From positions 20,202,372-20,229,154 of the forward strand of contig NC_057718.1 of NCBI RefSeq assembly GCF_004010195.1: a DNA stretch of 26,783 nucleotides, read 5' to 3'. How positions within the stretch are numbered: the first letter of the stretch is position 1; the number at the start of each line of letters is the position of its first letter. The DNA is from Chiloscyllium plagiosum. Taxonomy: Eukaryota. The translations under genes and the position numbers were made by a program. Of the stretch, positions 10,361 to 21,549 are shown in pieces. The notes beneath the pieces were generated by a model that worked only from the letters and a program-made list of their open reading frames with translations, did not search any database and was not told where the DNA came from.

Positions 10361-11059
10361 GTAACAAAGATTTGACTTGTTTCTTTTCCATTTGTAGTAG
10401 TATGTAAGAATTTGGATTCAATAATAAAGCTCAGCAGGAAAGATCTTATCAAGAAATAAACATATTGGTTAAAAGGGCAATCAGTGGAGGGTAAACTGGC
10501 AATCTGTATTGGACAATAAAGATTGGTGCTTTTCATTAATCATATGGTTTCAATATATAAGTTCCACATCTGTCAGGACTGTCTTTCCTGTGGATCCTGA
10601 GATCTCTGGAGACTTTTCAAATTTCTTGAATCTAGCCTGTGAGCCAACCTAGCTCTAACCTACTTGCACATTCCTTTGCAGCTTTTAGACTTCAACTCTA
10701 GTGACTCCTGTTTCACTTTTCAATGGATCAATAATATCTGACGAGCTCTAAATCGTCTCCTAAAATATCTGTTTACTCGGGACCAAAGCTCACATTGTCC
10801 CTCATCCTTCTGAATGATTTTATTGATGTTGTTGAAAACCTGACTCTCAGTTGATGATAGCTAGCCCCTGATGAAACTGCTCTTGGCCAAATCACTGGAG
10901 TGATGTCATTGACCCTTATCACTCAATAACACTGGGTGTCTCCAGCCACTCCTCTGCCACATTCTCCTCTTTTGAGCAGCTTTGGTTATTCCACCTTACA
11001 TTTAAAATTACATCTTCACACTGAGCTTCTCACTCAGGAGAAGACAGTGTAGATTACAC

Positions 11060-11359
11060 CATTTCTGGGGATTCTCTAACAAGGGGGCATCGTCTGAGAA
11101 TTAGGGCCAGACGATTTCGTAGAAATGTTAGGAGGCATTCCTACACACAAGGCATGGTAGAGATTTGGAGCTCTTTTTAACAAATAAACATGGATATAGG
11201 ATCAGCTATTTATTTTAAATCTGAGATAAATAAATTTTTGTTAAGCAAAAATATTAAGGGATATGGGCCAAAGGCAGGCAAATGTAGATAAATCAGCCAT
11301 GGTCTCATTGAATGGTGGAACAGGCTCAAGGGGCTGAATAGTCTACTCCTGTTCCTATG
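11060..11359 (+). mobile_element. CR1 LINE 3' end fragment
   Basis: aagggggcatcgtctgagaattagg... through atcagccatggtctcattgaatggtggaacaggctcaaggggctgaatagtctactcctgttcctatg. Confidence 0.7.
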
Positions 11360-12303
11360 AGATAGGCTGCTGGAAGATAGCATATGCTCTGAATGACACT
11401 TCATCCTTAATTTCAATTTCCACCAGAACTTGGTTTGCTATTTTGTCTGGTCTCTCTAAGCCTATTGTCCTAATTATGAAGACATCTTGGCACATTTCCC
11501 TGGATCCTTGATTACTAACTTTCCCTCATATCATCTTATTTTCTATTTGACTTAGCAGAGACACTTTCTCCAGAGTTATTATCAGCTGCAGTTCCAATAC
11601 ACAGTTGTGTAACCCTGTTCACCCTCAATTCACCCCAATACTTCTGTAGCTGTTGATTTTTAACTATCTCTTGCCTTAGCCACCAGAAAAGCATCTTGTT
11701 TGTTCCTCGGAACAATCTAAATTTTTTGCAGTCTCAAGGAACATTGCAGTGAATATCTGATGTAACTATCATCATTGATTACAGACCACATCAAGCATCA
11801 TTGGTCCTTGTTCTGGTTTGTGAAAAGCTATTACAGGATCAATCTTGGAAAGCAAAGTATATTCAGGGCAGCAGGGTGGGTGAGTGGAATGCTTTCCTCT
11901 GAAATTGAAATTTCTGACCTCAAGACTTTAATTGCTTATGTGATAATGCAATGAAATGGGTTTTTCTACAAGTCAAGTTCACTGTTCCCTGATCAGGAAG
12001 ATTTCTAAGATGAAGCACTGTTATGTTGACATGGCTACAGTAGTATAATATTCCATTGATAGTAACTGAAGAAATCAGTCACATGCTTGTATAACATGTT
12101 GAATTCGGGGGGGGGGGGGGGACGATCTAAGATGGCCACGATCTGAGAAGATCACACTGCAGAGCTTCGCATCGCAGCAGGAGCAGGACGGTCCTTTAAC
12201 CCACCCAACCCAGGTCATCAGGATTTCTTGGGGCATTGGAAAGATTGTGGAGCCCCAAGAAACATTTAAAAATTGACTTAACTGTATTTTCAGCTGTCCA
12301 GAA

Positions 12304-13117
12304 ATGCCTAAAAAGGGAGGAGGAGCATCCGAGGCCGGGTCTGCAGCTCACCCTGCAGCAGCCTCTGAGCCGATTATTCTCCAGGACCTGGTGAACCAGC
12401 TCTCGAAATCTCAGGAGGTGCTGGGGAAACAGATTGAAGAGAAGCTGGTTCCAGTCTCTCTCATGCTGCAGAAGCATGAGCAGCAGCTGGGAGACCTGGG
12501 GAAGAGGACGGGTGAGATGGAGCACAGGGTCATAGTGGTGGAAGCTGATGCCAGTTCATTCAAGGATAAGATCCAAGCCCTGGAGACGCAGGTTCGTAAT
12601 TTGCGTGACCAAGTGGATGATCTTGAAAACAGGGGCAGGAGAAAAAACATTCGGATCATCGGTCTGCCTGAGGGTAGGGAAGTTGAGCAGCCTGCGGAAT
12701 TTGTTGAAGATTGGCTTCTGAAATTCCTTGACTTGGAGACTGGCATGAGAGGATTGAAGATAGAGTGGGCTCACCGGGTCGCAGCGCAGAGGTCGGGTCT
12801 GGGTCAACGCTCTGGTCCTTTGCTGGTGCGGTTCCATCATTACTGGGATAAGGAGAGAGTCATGGAGGCTTCCAGACTCCAGGGGAAGGATCCGAACGCC
12901 CTAATTTACAAGGGGTCTAAGATCATTTTTTCAGGACTTTTCAGCGGTGGTGATCCAGAAATGAAAATCGTATGATGGTGTCAAGAGAAGACTGAAGGAG
13001 CTTGGGATTCAGTACTCCCTGATATATCCAGCAGTCCTTCGGATCACCTTAGATGGATCCATGCATCTCTTTGACACATCGGAGAAGGCAAGAGACTTTG
13101 TGGACAAACTAACCTAA
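12304..13117 (+). pseudogene. L1 ORF1p, disrupted by a frameshift near 12930 and an in-frame TGA
   Basis: The 223-aa ORF continues in another frame as FQDFSAVVIQK*KSYDGVKRRLKELGIQYSLIYPAVLRITLDG...FDT..A..FV, the typical ORF1p C-terminal domain. Confidence 0.88.
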
Positions 13118-14066
13118 TTTAAACAATTGTAGTATGTATAAATATTGTTGCTTGGTATGTGTTTATCATTCTGTAAAAGAAATGGAGGAAATCCGTTGGA
13201 GCTCTGTATTTTCCCCCCTTTTTTTCTCTCTATTGATAATAATTTGGTTCAAACTATGTCTGGCAGTGTATAAGATGTACATTTTAAATTTCTAAGTTAG
13301 GACATACCAAAGGATGGGTGGGGTATTTATTCCCTTTTTTTTATAAAAGAATGTTTTTTTATTCATATTGATATTCTATGGGGTGTTTATTCTTTTTAGC
13401 TTGTGCTTGCGATGCGGCTCTAGCTGGAGAAGATGGGTAAAGGTTCTCTATAGTGTACCTATCAAGGCGGTCATTACCAACGGGGTACAATCAAGCAATT
13501 TTAATATTTCTAGGGGCAGCCAGCAGGGCTGTCCCCTTTCGCCATTACTTTTTACGTTGGTAATTGAACCGTTTGCAGAGGCCATTTGTGGGGATCTCAA
13601 TATATCAGCTCCAAAAGTGGGGTCAAAATTACATAAGATCTCGGTGTATGCAGACGATGTTCTAATTTTCTTGATAAATCCAGCAGTTTCAGTGCCTTGC
13701 CTGATACAATGCATTCACGCGTTTGGTGCTTTTTCAGGGTATAAGATTAATTTTGCTAAATCAGAGGCTATGCCTCTGGGTGGTCTTACGAAAGAGTTGG
13801 CTCTTGAGAGTGACTATAGATTCCCATTTAGGTGGTCACAGGGGGGCTTTTGTGTATTTGGGCATATTCATTACTCCAGTTCTGGATTGGCTGTCCAAAG
13901 TCAACTATTTGAAAAAATTAAACAAGATCTCCAAAGATGGGAGGCACTTCCAGTCTCATGGTTGGGTCGGATAGCGCTTATTAAGATGAATATTCTCCCT
14001 CGTTTGCTGTACCCTATACGGATGCTCCCCCTGATTTTCAATAAACAAACACTCAGGAGACTGAAC

Positions 14067-14289
14067 NNNNNNNNNNNNNNNNNNNNNNNNNNNNNNNNNN
14101 NNNNNNNNNNNNNNNNNNNNNNNNNNNNNNNNNNNNNNNNNNNNNNNNNNNNNNNNNNNNNNNNNNNNNNNNNNNNNNNNNNNNNNNNNNNNNNNNNNNN
14201 NNNNNNNNNNNNNNNNNNNNNNNNNNNNNNNNNNNNNNNNNNNNNNNNNNNNNNNNNNNNNNNNNNNNNNNNNNNNNNNNNNNNNNNNN
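14067..14289. other. Assembly gap (N run, 223 nt) inside the L1
   Basis: Run of n characters. Confidence 1.
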
Positions 14290-15894
14290 GACATTAAAAA
14301 TTACCAATTAAGCTCGCTTTTGACCTGCGTAAGTGATTGGGTTTGTGGGGATCCTCTTTCAATATGGCTAGATATCGAAGTCTCCCAGGCAAGGTGCCCC
14401 CTTACCAGTTTGCTGTTTTTGGACAAGGTGAGGACAGTTAGGGAATATTGCCATAACCCAATAGTCATCAATACTGTTAAAGCATGGTGGGCAAATCGGC
14501 AGAGGAGAGGTAATATTGGCAAAACATCTTTGTTTACACCTTTAGTGGGTATGCCGGGTTTTCAATCGGCTATGATAGATTCAGGATTTAAACGTGGGCA
14601 GCTAGGGGTGTATCTTGCATGGGTGATTTATTTGAGGGAGAAGTAATGATGTCCTTCGATCAGTTAGTACGGAAGTACGATTTACCTAATAGAGACCTCT
14701 TTCGTTTTTTTCAAGTTAGGGATTTTATTTAAAAAAAGACCACACTTTTGACTGATCCCTACAAATCTGACATAGAAAGAGGGGTACTAAGGGCTAAGAG
14801 TACACTCTGTCAGTACTCTATATCACCAATTGGGGGGTGCCACCTCAGATGAGTCTGATCGACTCTGCAAGATGTGGGCAAGAGAGCTGGGTGTTGAAGT
14901 TTCTTCAGAGGCATGGGAGGATATTTGGGAGAATGCAAGGAAGATATCAATTTGCAATAGGACCCATGCTTTACAGCTGAAGGTTCTCCACAGGGTCCAC
15001 TTAGCCCCAGACTGTTTGTCAAAATTTAAACCAGTGGTATCTTCATGCCCCAAGTGCAAGGTCTGTATGGGTACTCTTACCCATTGTCTTTGGTCTTGTG
15101 ACGGGCTTCAAATATATTGGAGCGCTGTGGCAGGCGCAATGGAGAGGATTTTAGGTGTAGGGGTGGAGAAGAGCCTTATTTCTCTCCTTTTGGGCCTACC
15201 CATTGTATTTCCTGCAGACGCGCATAAGAAAAAACTTTTCAATATTCTTACGTTCTGTGCAAGGAAGAATATTTTGCTAGGTTGGTAATCCGAAAAACCC
15301 CCCCAGGCCTGTCGGGTTGGCGGAAGATTGTTAGAGCGCATATTCCCCTGGATTTTCTCACAAATATGGTACACCACAAAACTGAGAATTTTTACATGAC
15401 ATGGCAACCCTTTTTGAAATACCTGGACACAGATTAATCTGCCACACTAACAAGGGCTTTTATATAGCTGTAACGATTGTGTTTCATGAGTCCAATATCC
15501 AGGGAGGAGGAACTGTGAATGTGTGAGTGTTTTGTTTGGCTGGGCTGAGTTCTTAGTATTTATTTGTTTGTTGTTAGGTATTTATTTATTTAGTTAAACA
15601 GCTAGTTTAGGTTTTTAATTTTATACTTCTCTACATTCGTATAGGAGGGTGGGTTGGGGAATTTTTTTTATTATTTGGGTTTAGTTTTGTACTATTTTTG
15701 TACTGTTTTGAATTGCATTGTTTTGTATTTGTAATATTTAAAAATCTATTTTTTCTTAATAAAAATATATTATAAAAAAAAGGCTGATTTCCACTTACTG
15801 TTTATTCAATTTAAATGCACAATCTAGGTGTGTTTATTGAAATCTAAATATACACTAATATTGTCTTAAAGGTGGTTTTGTTTTTGCTCATCAG

Positions 15895-16138
15895 ATGAAG
15901 GCATTTCGGATGGAGATTTGTTAAGTCAGTACTCCTTTCCAAGTAGCAAAAAACAAATTATTGAAAAGTGCCTATCTCCACAATCTCCTTCAGAAGAGGA
16001 GGAATCCTCATCAGTGGGCCACTCAGTCAAGGATGAAAATCCAAGGCCTCATCACAAGATACGGAATCGGTTTGCTACCATTTTGCAAAAGAGAAATCAG
16101 GATTCAGGTGCCATTGTTGTTCCTGGAACCAGAAGCAG
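15895..16138 (+). CDS. EXO1: EXO1 coding exon (244 nt: EGISDGDLLSQYSF...IRNRFATILQKRNQDSGAIVVPGTRS)
   Basis: Acceptor catcag at 15894 and donor gtaaag at 16139. DLLSQYS, RNxFAT and VVPGTRSR are conserved EXO1 motifs. Confidence 0.95.
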
Positions 16139-16256
16139 GTAAAGTGATTGTTTTCATTGAAAACTGTTTTGGTGTCACTAATGCAGAACCAGTCTGATCT
16201 TTATGTAGTCAATGCATTGTCCTGAGAGCAGTTCTGTTACAAATATCTTGCAAGTG

Positions 16257-16464
16257 CAGGTATCTCCCGCTATCCAAAAGTGGAGCGTCCCGATGAAACC
16301 TTTCATAAGCCGAAATGGCATAAAGCAAAGAAGCATTAATTTATATGGGAAAAACTTTGTCGTTTTTCATAAAAGTCTTCGGATTCACAAAAAACAGGTA
16401 TTAATGTAGGTCTTCTAAAAGCCAAGTGGTGTAATGCGCACATTCGAAAAGCGGGGGATACCTG
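16257..16464. mobile_element. MITE, Tc1/mariner-pogo (Tigger-like), non-autonomous, 208 bp
   Basis: TIRs caggtatctcccgctatccaaa and ttcgaaaagcgggggatacctg. TA follows the right end; TG (decayed TA) precedes the left end. Confidence 0.75.
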
Positions 16465-16608
16465 TACATTATTCAGAAGTGTGCTTTAGGGCAAGGAAGA
16501 ATACTGGTCCGTTTTTTTTTCTTCAGTGCAGACATCCTCTTTGTGCAATGTTATCTTTGGATGCCACTTAACTCTGCATTTGATTTTTCTTCCATTTTTT
16601 TTTTGTAG

Positions 16609-17185
16609 GTTCTTCTGTAGTCCCAAAGAAGCTTGTGTTGTATCTGATCAAAAAACTGGAACCAAAGCATTACCTGATGCAACAGGAAAATGCAAGGATT
16701 TTAACTCGATTAGTTTTTTTAATAGTGAGGAAAATAACACCTTTACAAATATAAAGAAAAATGAATGTGAGCAATATGAACAGTCCCCTGAACTTTTGAA
16801 CACTAGTCCTAATGCCAATACAACTCCCTCAGATTTGAATTCAGTGGCCAGAAGACGTTTAAGTGCTTTCAGTTGGTCTGGAGGTCTGGAAGAAAAATCG
16901 AGGATGCCCAATCCTGCTGCTGATTTATCTGTATTGCAGCAATTCTGCAGAAAGGTGGGATCTTCACCTGTAAGTGGATATAATGAGAGCAAAGTACAAA
17001 ACAATCGGAGTGCAATCCAGAACAAGCCAAGCCTGCTAGAACGATGTGAGGAATCCTTAGATGAAAACTCTGAAATGATGGCCTCTCCACAATCTCCTCT
17101 TGGTGTTAGTTCTTCTCTGGACAGTTCTTGCAGTGGTTTTGATTCTTTGGGCTCTTCTCAAAAGTCGAGGAATTCTGATTTGGAT
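16609..17185 (+). CDS. EXO1: EXO1 coding exon (577 nt: FFCS...FSWSGGL...LQQF...NSDLD)
   Basis: Acceptor tttgtag at 16608 and donor gtaaga at 17186. Completes RSR|FF (MIP box). Contains FSWSGGL and LQQF motifs. Confidence 0.94.
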
Positions 17186-17288
17186 GTAAGATGCCTTATG
17201 CTTACTTTAGACTATGAATTTTATTGAAGTAAGAAATTGCGTCAGTTTGTTTACTAATGCACTTATCATTGTTCCCTTTTTATGAAAG

Positions 17289-17372
17289 GAAACTAGTAAC
17301 AAAGCAACATCATGTGATCAAGTTTGCAGTCCTGTCACATTGCCAGAATTATCTGTAACTGTAAAGCACAGG
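17289..17372 (+). CDS. EXO1: EXO1 small coding exon (84 nt: ETSNKATSCDQVCSPVTLPELSVTVKHR), absent from the ORF track
   Basis: Pyrimidine tract plus aag acceptor at 17288 and strong donor AGG|gtaagt at 17373. Open, phase 0-0, at the position of a poorly conserved short exon in other vertebrates. Little sequence similarity to lean on. Confidence 0.75.
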
Positions 17373-17869
17373 GTAAGTAATCTGTTTCTTTCTTACTTTC
17401 CAGACCTTTATAAGCATTTTCTGAAGAACCGGCTTATCCCTCTATTTCCAAATATATATAATTCAAGATGATAGAATTTGAAAGCTCTTGAAAAGTACTC
17501 TAGCTTGCACATGTTCTCACTAGTGGGAAGGAATACTAATATCCCATTCCAAAGTCCAATCTTCTAAAGATGTTCACTCTTGAGTTCTTCAGTCACTTTT
17601 TTAGCTGACTATTCCAGTGTCATGAACATTGAACAGATGGTCCTGTTTGATACTCTTTACTTCAGTTTGAGATAGTGTTGGTGAAGTTTAAGCTGAAAAC
17701 TTATGTTTTTTTTTGTTCTTTTTAAGGAAAGGTAAAATGTAATTCTCCTGGAGAGGGGTTTACTTATTTGGTAGCTTTTGCTTAACCAGATGTATTTTAC
17801 AATACTTAGCATAGTATTTCTTTTAATGCAAATCTGTGACCAGAACTGGGTTTAACTGTATTACTGTAG

Positions 17870-19198
17870 GATTTTTGAAAAGATTTGGGTTGTGGTTGAA
17901 GTTGTAGATTTGTTCACCAAGCTGGTGTGGTTTTCTGCGGACATTTCATTGCTCGCTAGGTGACACCATCTGTGTCCTCAACACCATATTGGTGGTCTGT
18001 CCTGCCTGGTATTTGTGTTTTGGTACTTCTGGTTCTGTATCTGAGTGGTTTGTGTACGGGGTCCAGTTCAATGTGTTAATTGATTGAGTTCCGGGCAAGT
18101 GTACACCAGTGCATGATCTATAAACCAACGGTACACCAATGGGGTTGTGGATGTCAGGACTGATAGCAGAAGCAGTAATGCAACGCTTAGAACAGACAGC
18201 CCATCCACCTTTCAACCCAAACTCTGGATCCGGTATGCAGGTGATACATTTGTCATCACTAAACGTACACAACTAAAATAAACCCATCAATAAAATCATC
18301 ACCGGAATAAAGAAGAGGAAGACAACAGCAGACTCCCCTTCCTATTGGTAAAATTCAGACCAGTGTGTACAGGAAAAACACACATACAGACCAGATACAG
18401 AACTTTAACCCCAACCACTCTGGCACCCACAAACAAAGCTGCATTAGAACACTATTTAAATGAGCAAGGACACGCTGCAGTACCCCAGAACTCGAAGGCA
18501 GAACAGGAACACAGGGAACAGAAAGGGATTTAAACAAACAGGTATCCCAAGAGCGCTATCCTCCGATACGTATGCAACAAACCTAAAGAAGAAAACACTA
18601 CACGACCAGCGATGATGGTGACCATTCCATACATCAGAGAAATATCAGAAATGACTACCCAACTACTCAGACCTTGAGGAATCTTAGTGGCCACAAGCCA
18701 GTAAACAACTTTCACCAGCGCCTCCTGACACCCACATCCAACAGGATGAACATTATTTACAAGATACCCTGCAAGGACTGTGGAAAACACTACATAGGAC
18801 AAACAGGAAGAAAACTGACCGTAGAAGTGCATGAGCATCAGCTCGCCACTGCCAGACACAACCAGTGCACTCTCATTTCCAACCGCACAGATAACGAAGG
18901 ACACAAATTCCACTGGGACAATGTAACCATCTTAGCATAGGCTAAGCAGAGACATGCGAGAGAATTCCTTGAAGTCTGGCACTCCAACTGGGACTTAATC
19001 AATAAACACATTGAACTGGACCCCATATACAAACCAATCGGATACAGAACCAGAAGTAGCAAAATCCAGAGACACATAAATACCAGGTGGGACAGACCAC
19101 CAACACTGTATCCAAGACGCACTGACAATGCTACCTAACGAAGCAACAAAACGACTGCAGAAAACCACACCTGGTCAGCGAACAAATCTGCGACCTTC
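17870..19198 (+). mobile_element. 5'-truncated Penelope-like element (RT C-terminus plus GIY-YIG endonuclease) with an inverted terminal copy and an 11-bp TSD
   Basis: Decayed peptides NGTPMG, LWIRYAGDTFVI, VYRKNTHTDQ and IIYKIPCKDCGKHYIGQTGRKL..HEH. 17900-18090 is an inverted copy of about 18990-19197. TSD tattactgtag at 17859-17869 and 19199-19209. Confidence 0.9.
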
Positions 19199-19235
19199 TA
19201 TTACTGTAGATTTACCAAATGCACTTTTTGTTCAG

Positions 19236-19432
19236 GTACCTGGGTTACAAAAGCTGAGCCCTGGATCTTTAAGCATGTCCACTAAACTGAAGCTCCCAGG
19301 ACCAGCCAAAGCCAGTGGTTTAAACAAAAGATCACTGTCACTACAGAGAAGGACATTTGCCCCAAATAATGAGAACAAGCCTGAACTGCAAGCAACAATC
19401 CATGATTTATGGCAGAAGTTTGGATTTAAGGG
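19236..19432 (+). CDS. EXO1: EXO1 coding exon (197 nt: VPGLQK...GPAKASGL...NNENKPELQATIHDLWQKFGFK)
   Basis: Acceptor ttcag at 19235 and donor gtaagt at 19433. Contains VPGL, PAxASGL, ENKP and the PIP-like QxxIxDLW. Confidence 0.95.
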
Positions 19433-20037
19433 GTAAGTACACCTAGCTGGAATGCTGCTTGTTTCAGGTCATGGCCTGTTTCATTTTGCCTTTCCTGTCT
19501 GTTAAGACTGAGCCCTGATACATTATTTGATCTATAGACTTGCACACAACTCTTGACTGTCATGCATCCTATAAAACCTTGATGAAATATATACATTAAT
19601 GGGGCACTTTTCAAAGAGGATTAGAAAATAAGAATTAATAATTGAAGGAGAGACTTGCTTTCAAATGGCAGAACTTGCTTTTGTTGAGTGCTTTCCAAGT
19701 AATATGGTGGTTTGAGCCTGAGGTTGGTGACTGCTACTTCAGTTTTTTTATTCATTTGGCTCCAATCATGAAGAAAACCATGAATCCGGTGGTAGCCTCT
19801 TGCTGTGTCCATTATGTGGATGAGGTGCTTTGATAACAGCATAATCTAAATCTTGCATTCAGTTGACATATGATAAGTATGTTGGCTATCACCATGGTTA
19901 GCAGTAACCAATCCTCTCAATTTTATCACGCCAGCATTCTATCCATTCCTTGGCAATGTGGGCCCTGATCCAGCTCTGTGAAATGTATCTAATATGCACC
20001 TGGCTTCTTTTGTCCTAAAATTACATAAATTCATGGA

Positions 20038-20183
20038 CAGAACAACCACAGTCAATTATCCAAATTTTGGATTCGCCGAACAAGATCTCAAGGTCCCATA
20101 AAAACGTTATCCGATATCCAGGCAATCCGTTATCCGCACAAAATACTCCCACCCATCTCATTCGGATAATTGAGGTTGTTCTG
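20038..20183. mobile_element. MITE, Tc1/mariner-pogo type, 146 bp
   Basis: TIRs cagaacaacc(acag)tcaattatccaaat and attcggataattgaggttgttctg, followed by TA. Internal ttatcc(g) repeats. Confidence 0.7.
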
Positions 20184-20836
20184 TACTCAACCTGTAGTTT
20201 TGGCTGACCTATTGTTGCAAAATATATATTGTTGTGTTCTCATCCTGCCTGATTTGAGTTAAACTTTGCAGTTGACTGGTTTGGTCCCATACTTCAAACC
20301 TGCTGACGAACTTTGTTTGCTTGCTACAAGAGTCTTCACAACTGGTTGATGGGGCTATCATGAGTTTTATGATATCAAAGTTTACTTCACTTAGCTTTTT
20401 GGAGACTAGTTTTGGAATATGCAAGAATGCTTTATACACCTGGAATATGAAACTATTCCCTTGTATCATTGCTTCTACCCTACTACACATGCTGAAAATC
20501 TACTGCCTGTGTCTGCAACAAAAGTGCTCGCTTATTTCATTTATTCCTACTAGCTTGTAAATCATGGTCGTTCAGTAATTTTGTGACGCCTCTGTACTTT
20601 TAAACTGTTTCCCCTTCATTGTCCATTAAATTTCAACATGTCTCAGCTTTCAGGAAATTGAAACTGCATGTATCTTTTCCTTTGGAAATGGTGCCATTTT
20701 CCAATCTAATACTGGATTGCAAATACTGAAATATTCAAATTCGGGCCATGATAAATTATATAAACAAAGTCAAAGTTGTATGTGCATATTTATTTTTCTG
20801 TTTCAGCTACTAACAAAAGACCCTTGTTCTTCATAG

Positions 20837-20981
20837 GGAGTCCAAGAAGCTTCAATCCAGTCAAAAATCTGACCCAATGTCTCCCGTAAAGGACAACTTA
20901 CAAATATTGACCCCAGAGACTGATCAAAGTATTTTATTGAAATCCGAATGTAGTTCTGTTCAAAGGGCCATACAGTGGTGA
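20837..20981 (+). CDS. EXO1: EXO1 last coding exon (ESKKLQSSQKSDPMSPVKDNLQILTPETDQSILLKSECSSVQRAIQW*), absent from the ORF track
   Basis: Acceptor ttcttcatag at 20836 with TACTAAC at 20808-20814. SPVxDN.Q.TPE...EC..VQRAI matches the C-terminus of the long EXO1b isoform. TGA at 20979-20981. Confidence 0.92.
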
Positions 20982-21549
20982 GGAAATCCATGAAGATATT
21001 TAAACTTGCTTCAATTTACCTAGGAATATTTAACCATAACAAGTTTCTTTATTTTAGCCAGAATGAAAATATAGAGTTGGTGTGGTGCAAGGTGCTACAT
21101 ACCTGCCACTGATAGAAAATGTGCTTGATGTGTAATGGCAGTTACTAGTATTAAATCTTTTATAATGTATTTAATGACTGAATTGACTTAACACTTGAAT
21201 GCTATTGTTTTGAACACAGCCTTGTGAAAAGGGGCAATTGGCTGGGAGAGCAGGTGAATCTGTCCAACAGCCTCTCCTAAAGTTACCCCTGTTGAGCCTC
21301 TCATTCCCTCCCCACTGAGAGACCCCTTGACTTATCTGGTGCTGGACTCAGGGACTGCTCCAAGAGGCTTTGCTGCCACTACAGAGCTGCAGGTTAGTAT
21401 ACCTAAGTGAAGGGCGTTAAGGGTCATATAGCTGAGAGGCAAACATTCTCTGTGGGAATGGGTCCCTGTCAACTGTTTGTGTGAGGTATATGAAATTCTG
21501 GCACCCATTAAATTCTGTACTTTAACACATAATCTAGATCGGCATTTCT

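Larger units (their letters stand above)
12107..15781 (+). mobile_element. L1-clade LINE, inactive: 5' UTR, ORF1, internally deleted ORF2, 3' UTR and A-rich tail
   Basis: G-run at the start. ORF1 has a coiled coil and LENRGRRKNIRIIGLPEG. ORF2 has RGSQQGCPLSPLLF, YADD, SGYKINFAKS, GRIALIKMNILPRLLY and the CX2C-X8-H-X4-C knuckle CPKCKVCMGTLTHCLWSC. AATAAA at 15758-15763 precedes an A-run. No clear TSD found. Confidence 0.93.

Noticed and set aside
12107..12121. G15 run as a functional G-quadruplex
   Set aside because: It sits at the L1 5' junction, homopolymer length is unreliable, and nothing else supports a function.
12196..12840. Minus-strand ORFs of 94-111 aa
   Set aside because: Antisense shadows of L1 ORF1 with no recognisable motifs.
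13368..14307. 309-aa ORF and other ORFs crossing the N run
   Set aside because: Lengths are inflated by the assembly gap, and the L1 ORF2 is frameshifted near 13850-13910.
16648..17090. Minus-strand ORFs of 125 and 73 aa
   Set aside because: Antisense to the large EXO1 exon with no independent coding evidence.
20807..20813. EXO1 pseudogenisation by a premature TAA after the first acceptor
   Set aside because: The acceptor at 20836 gives an intact, conserved C-terminus. The TAA is kept only as a possible alternative isoform.
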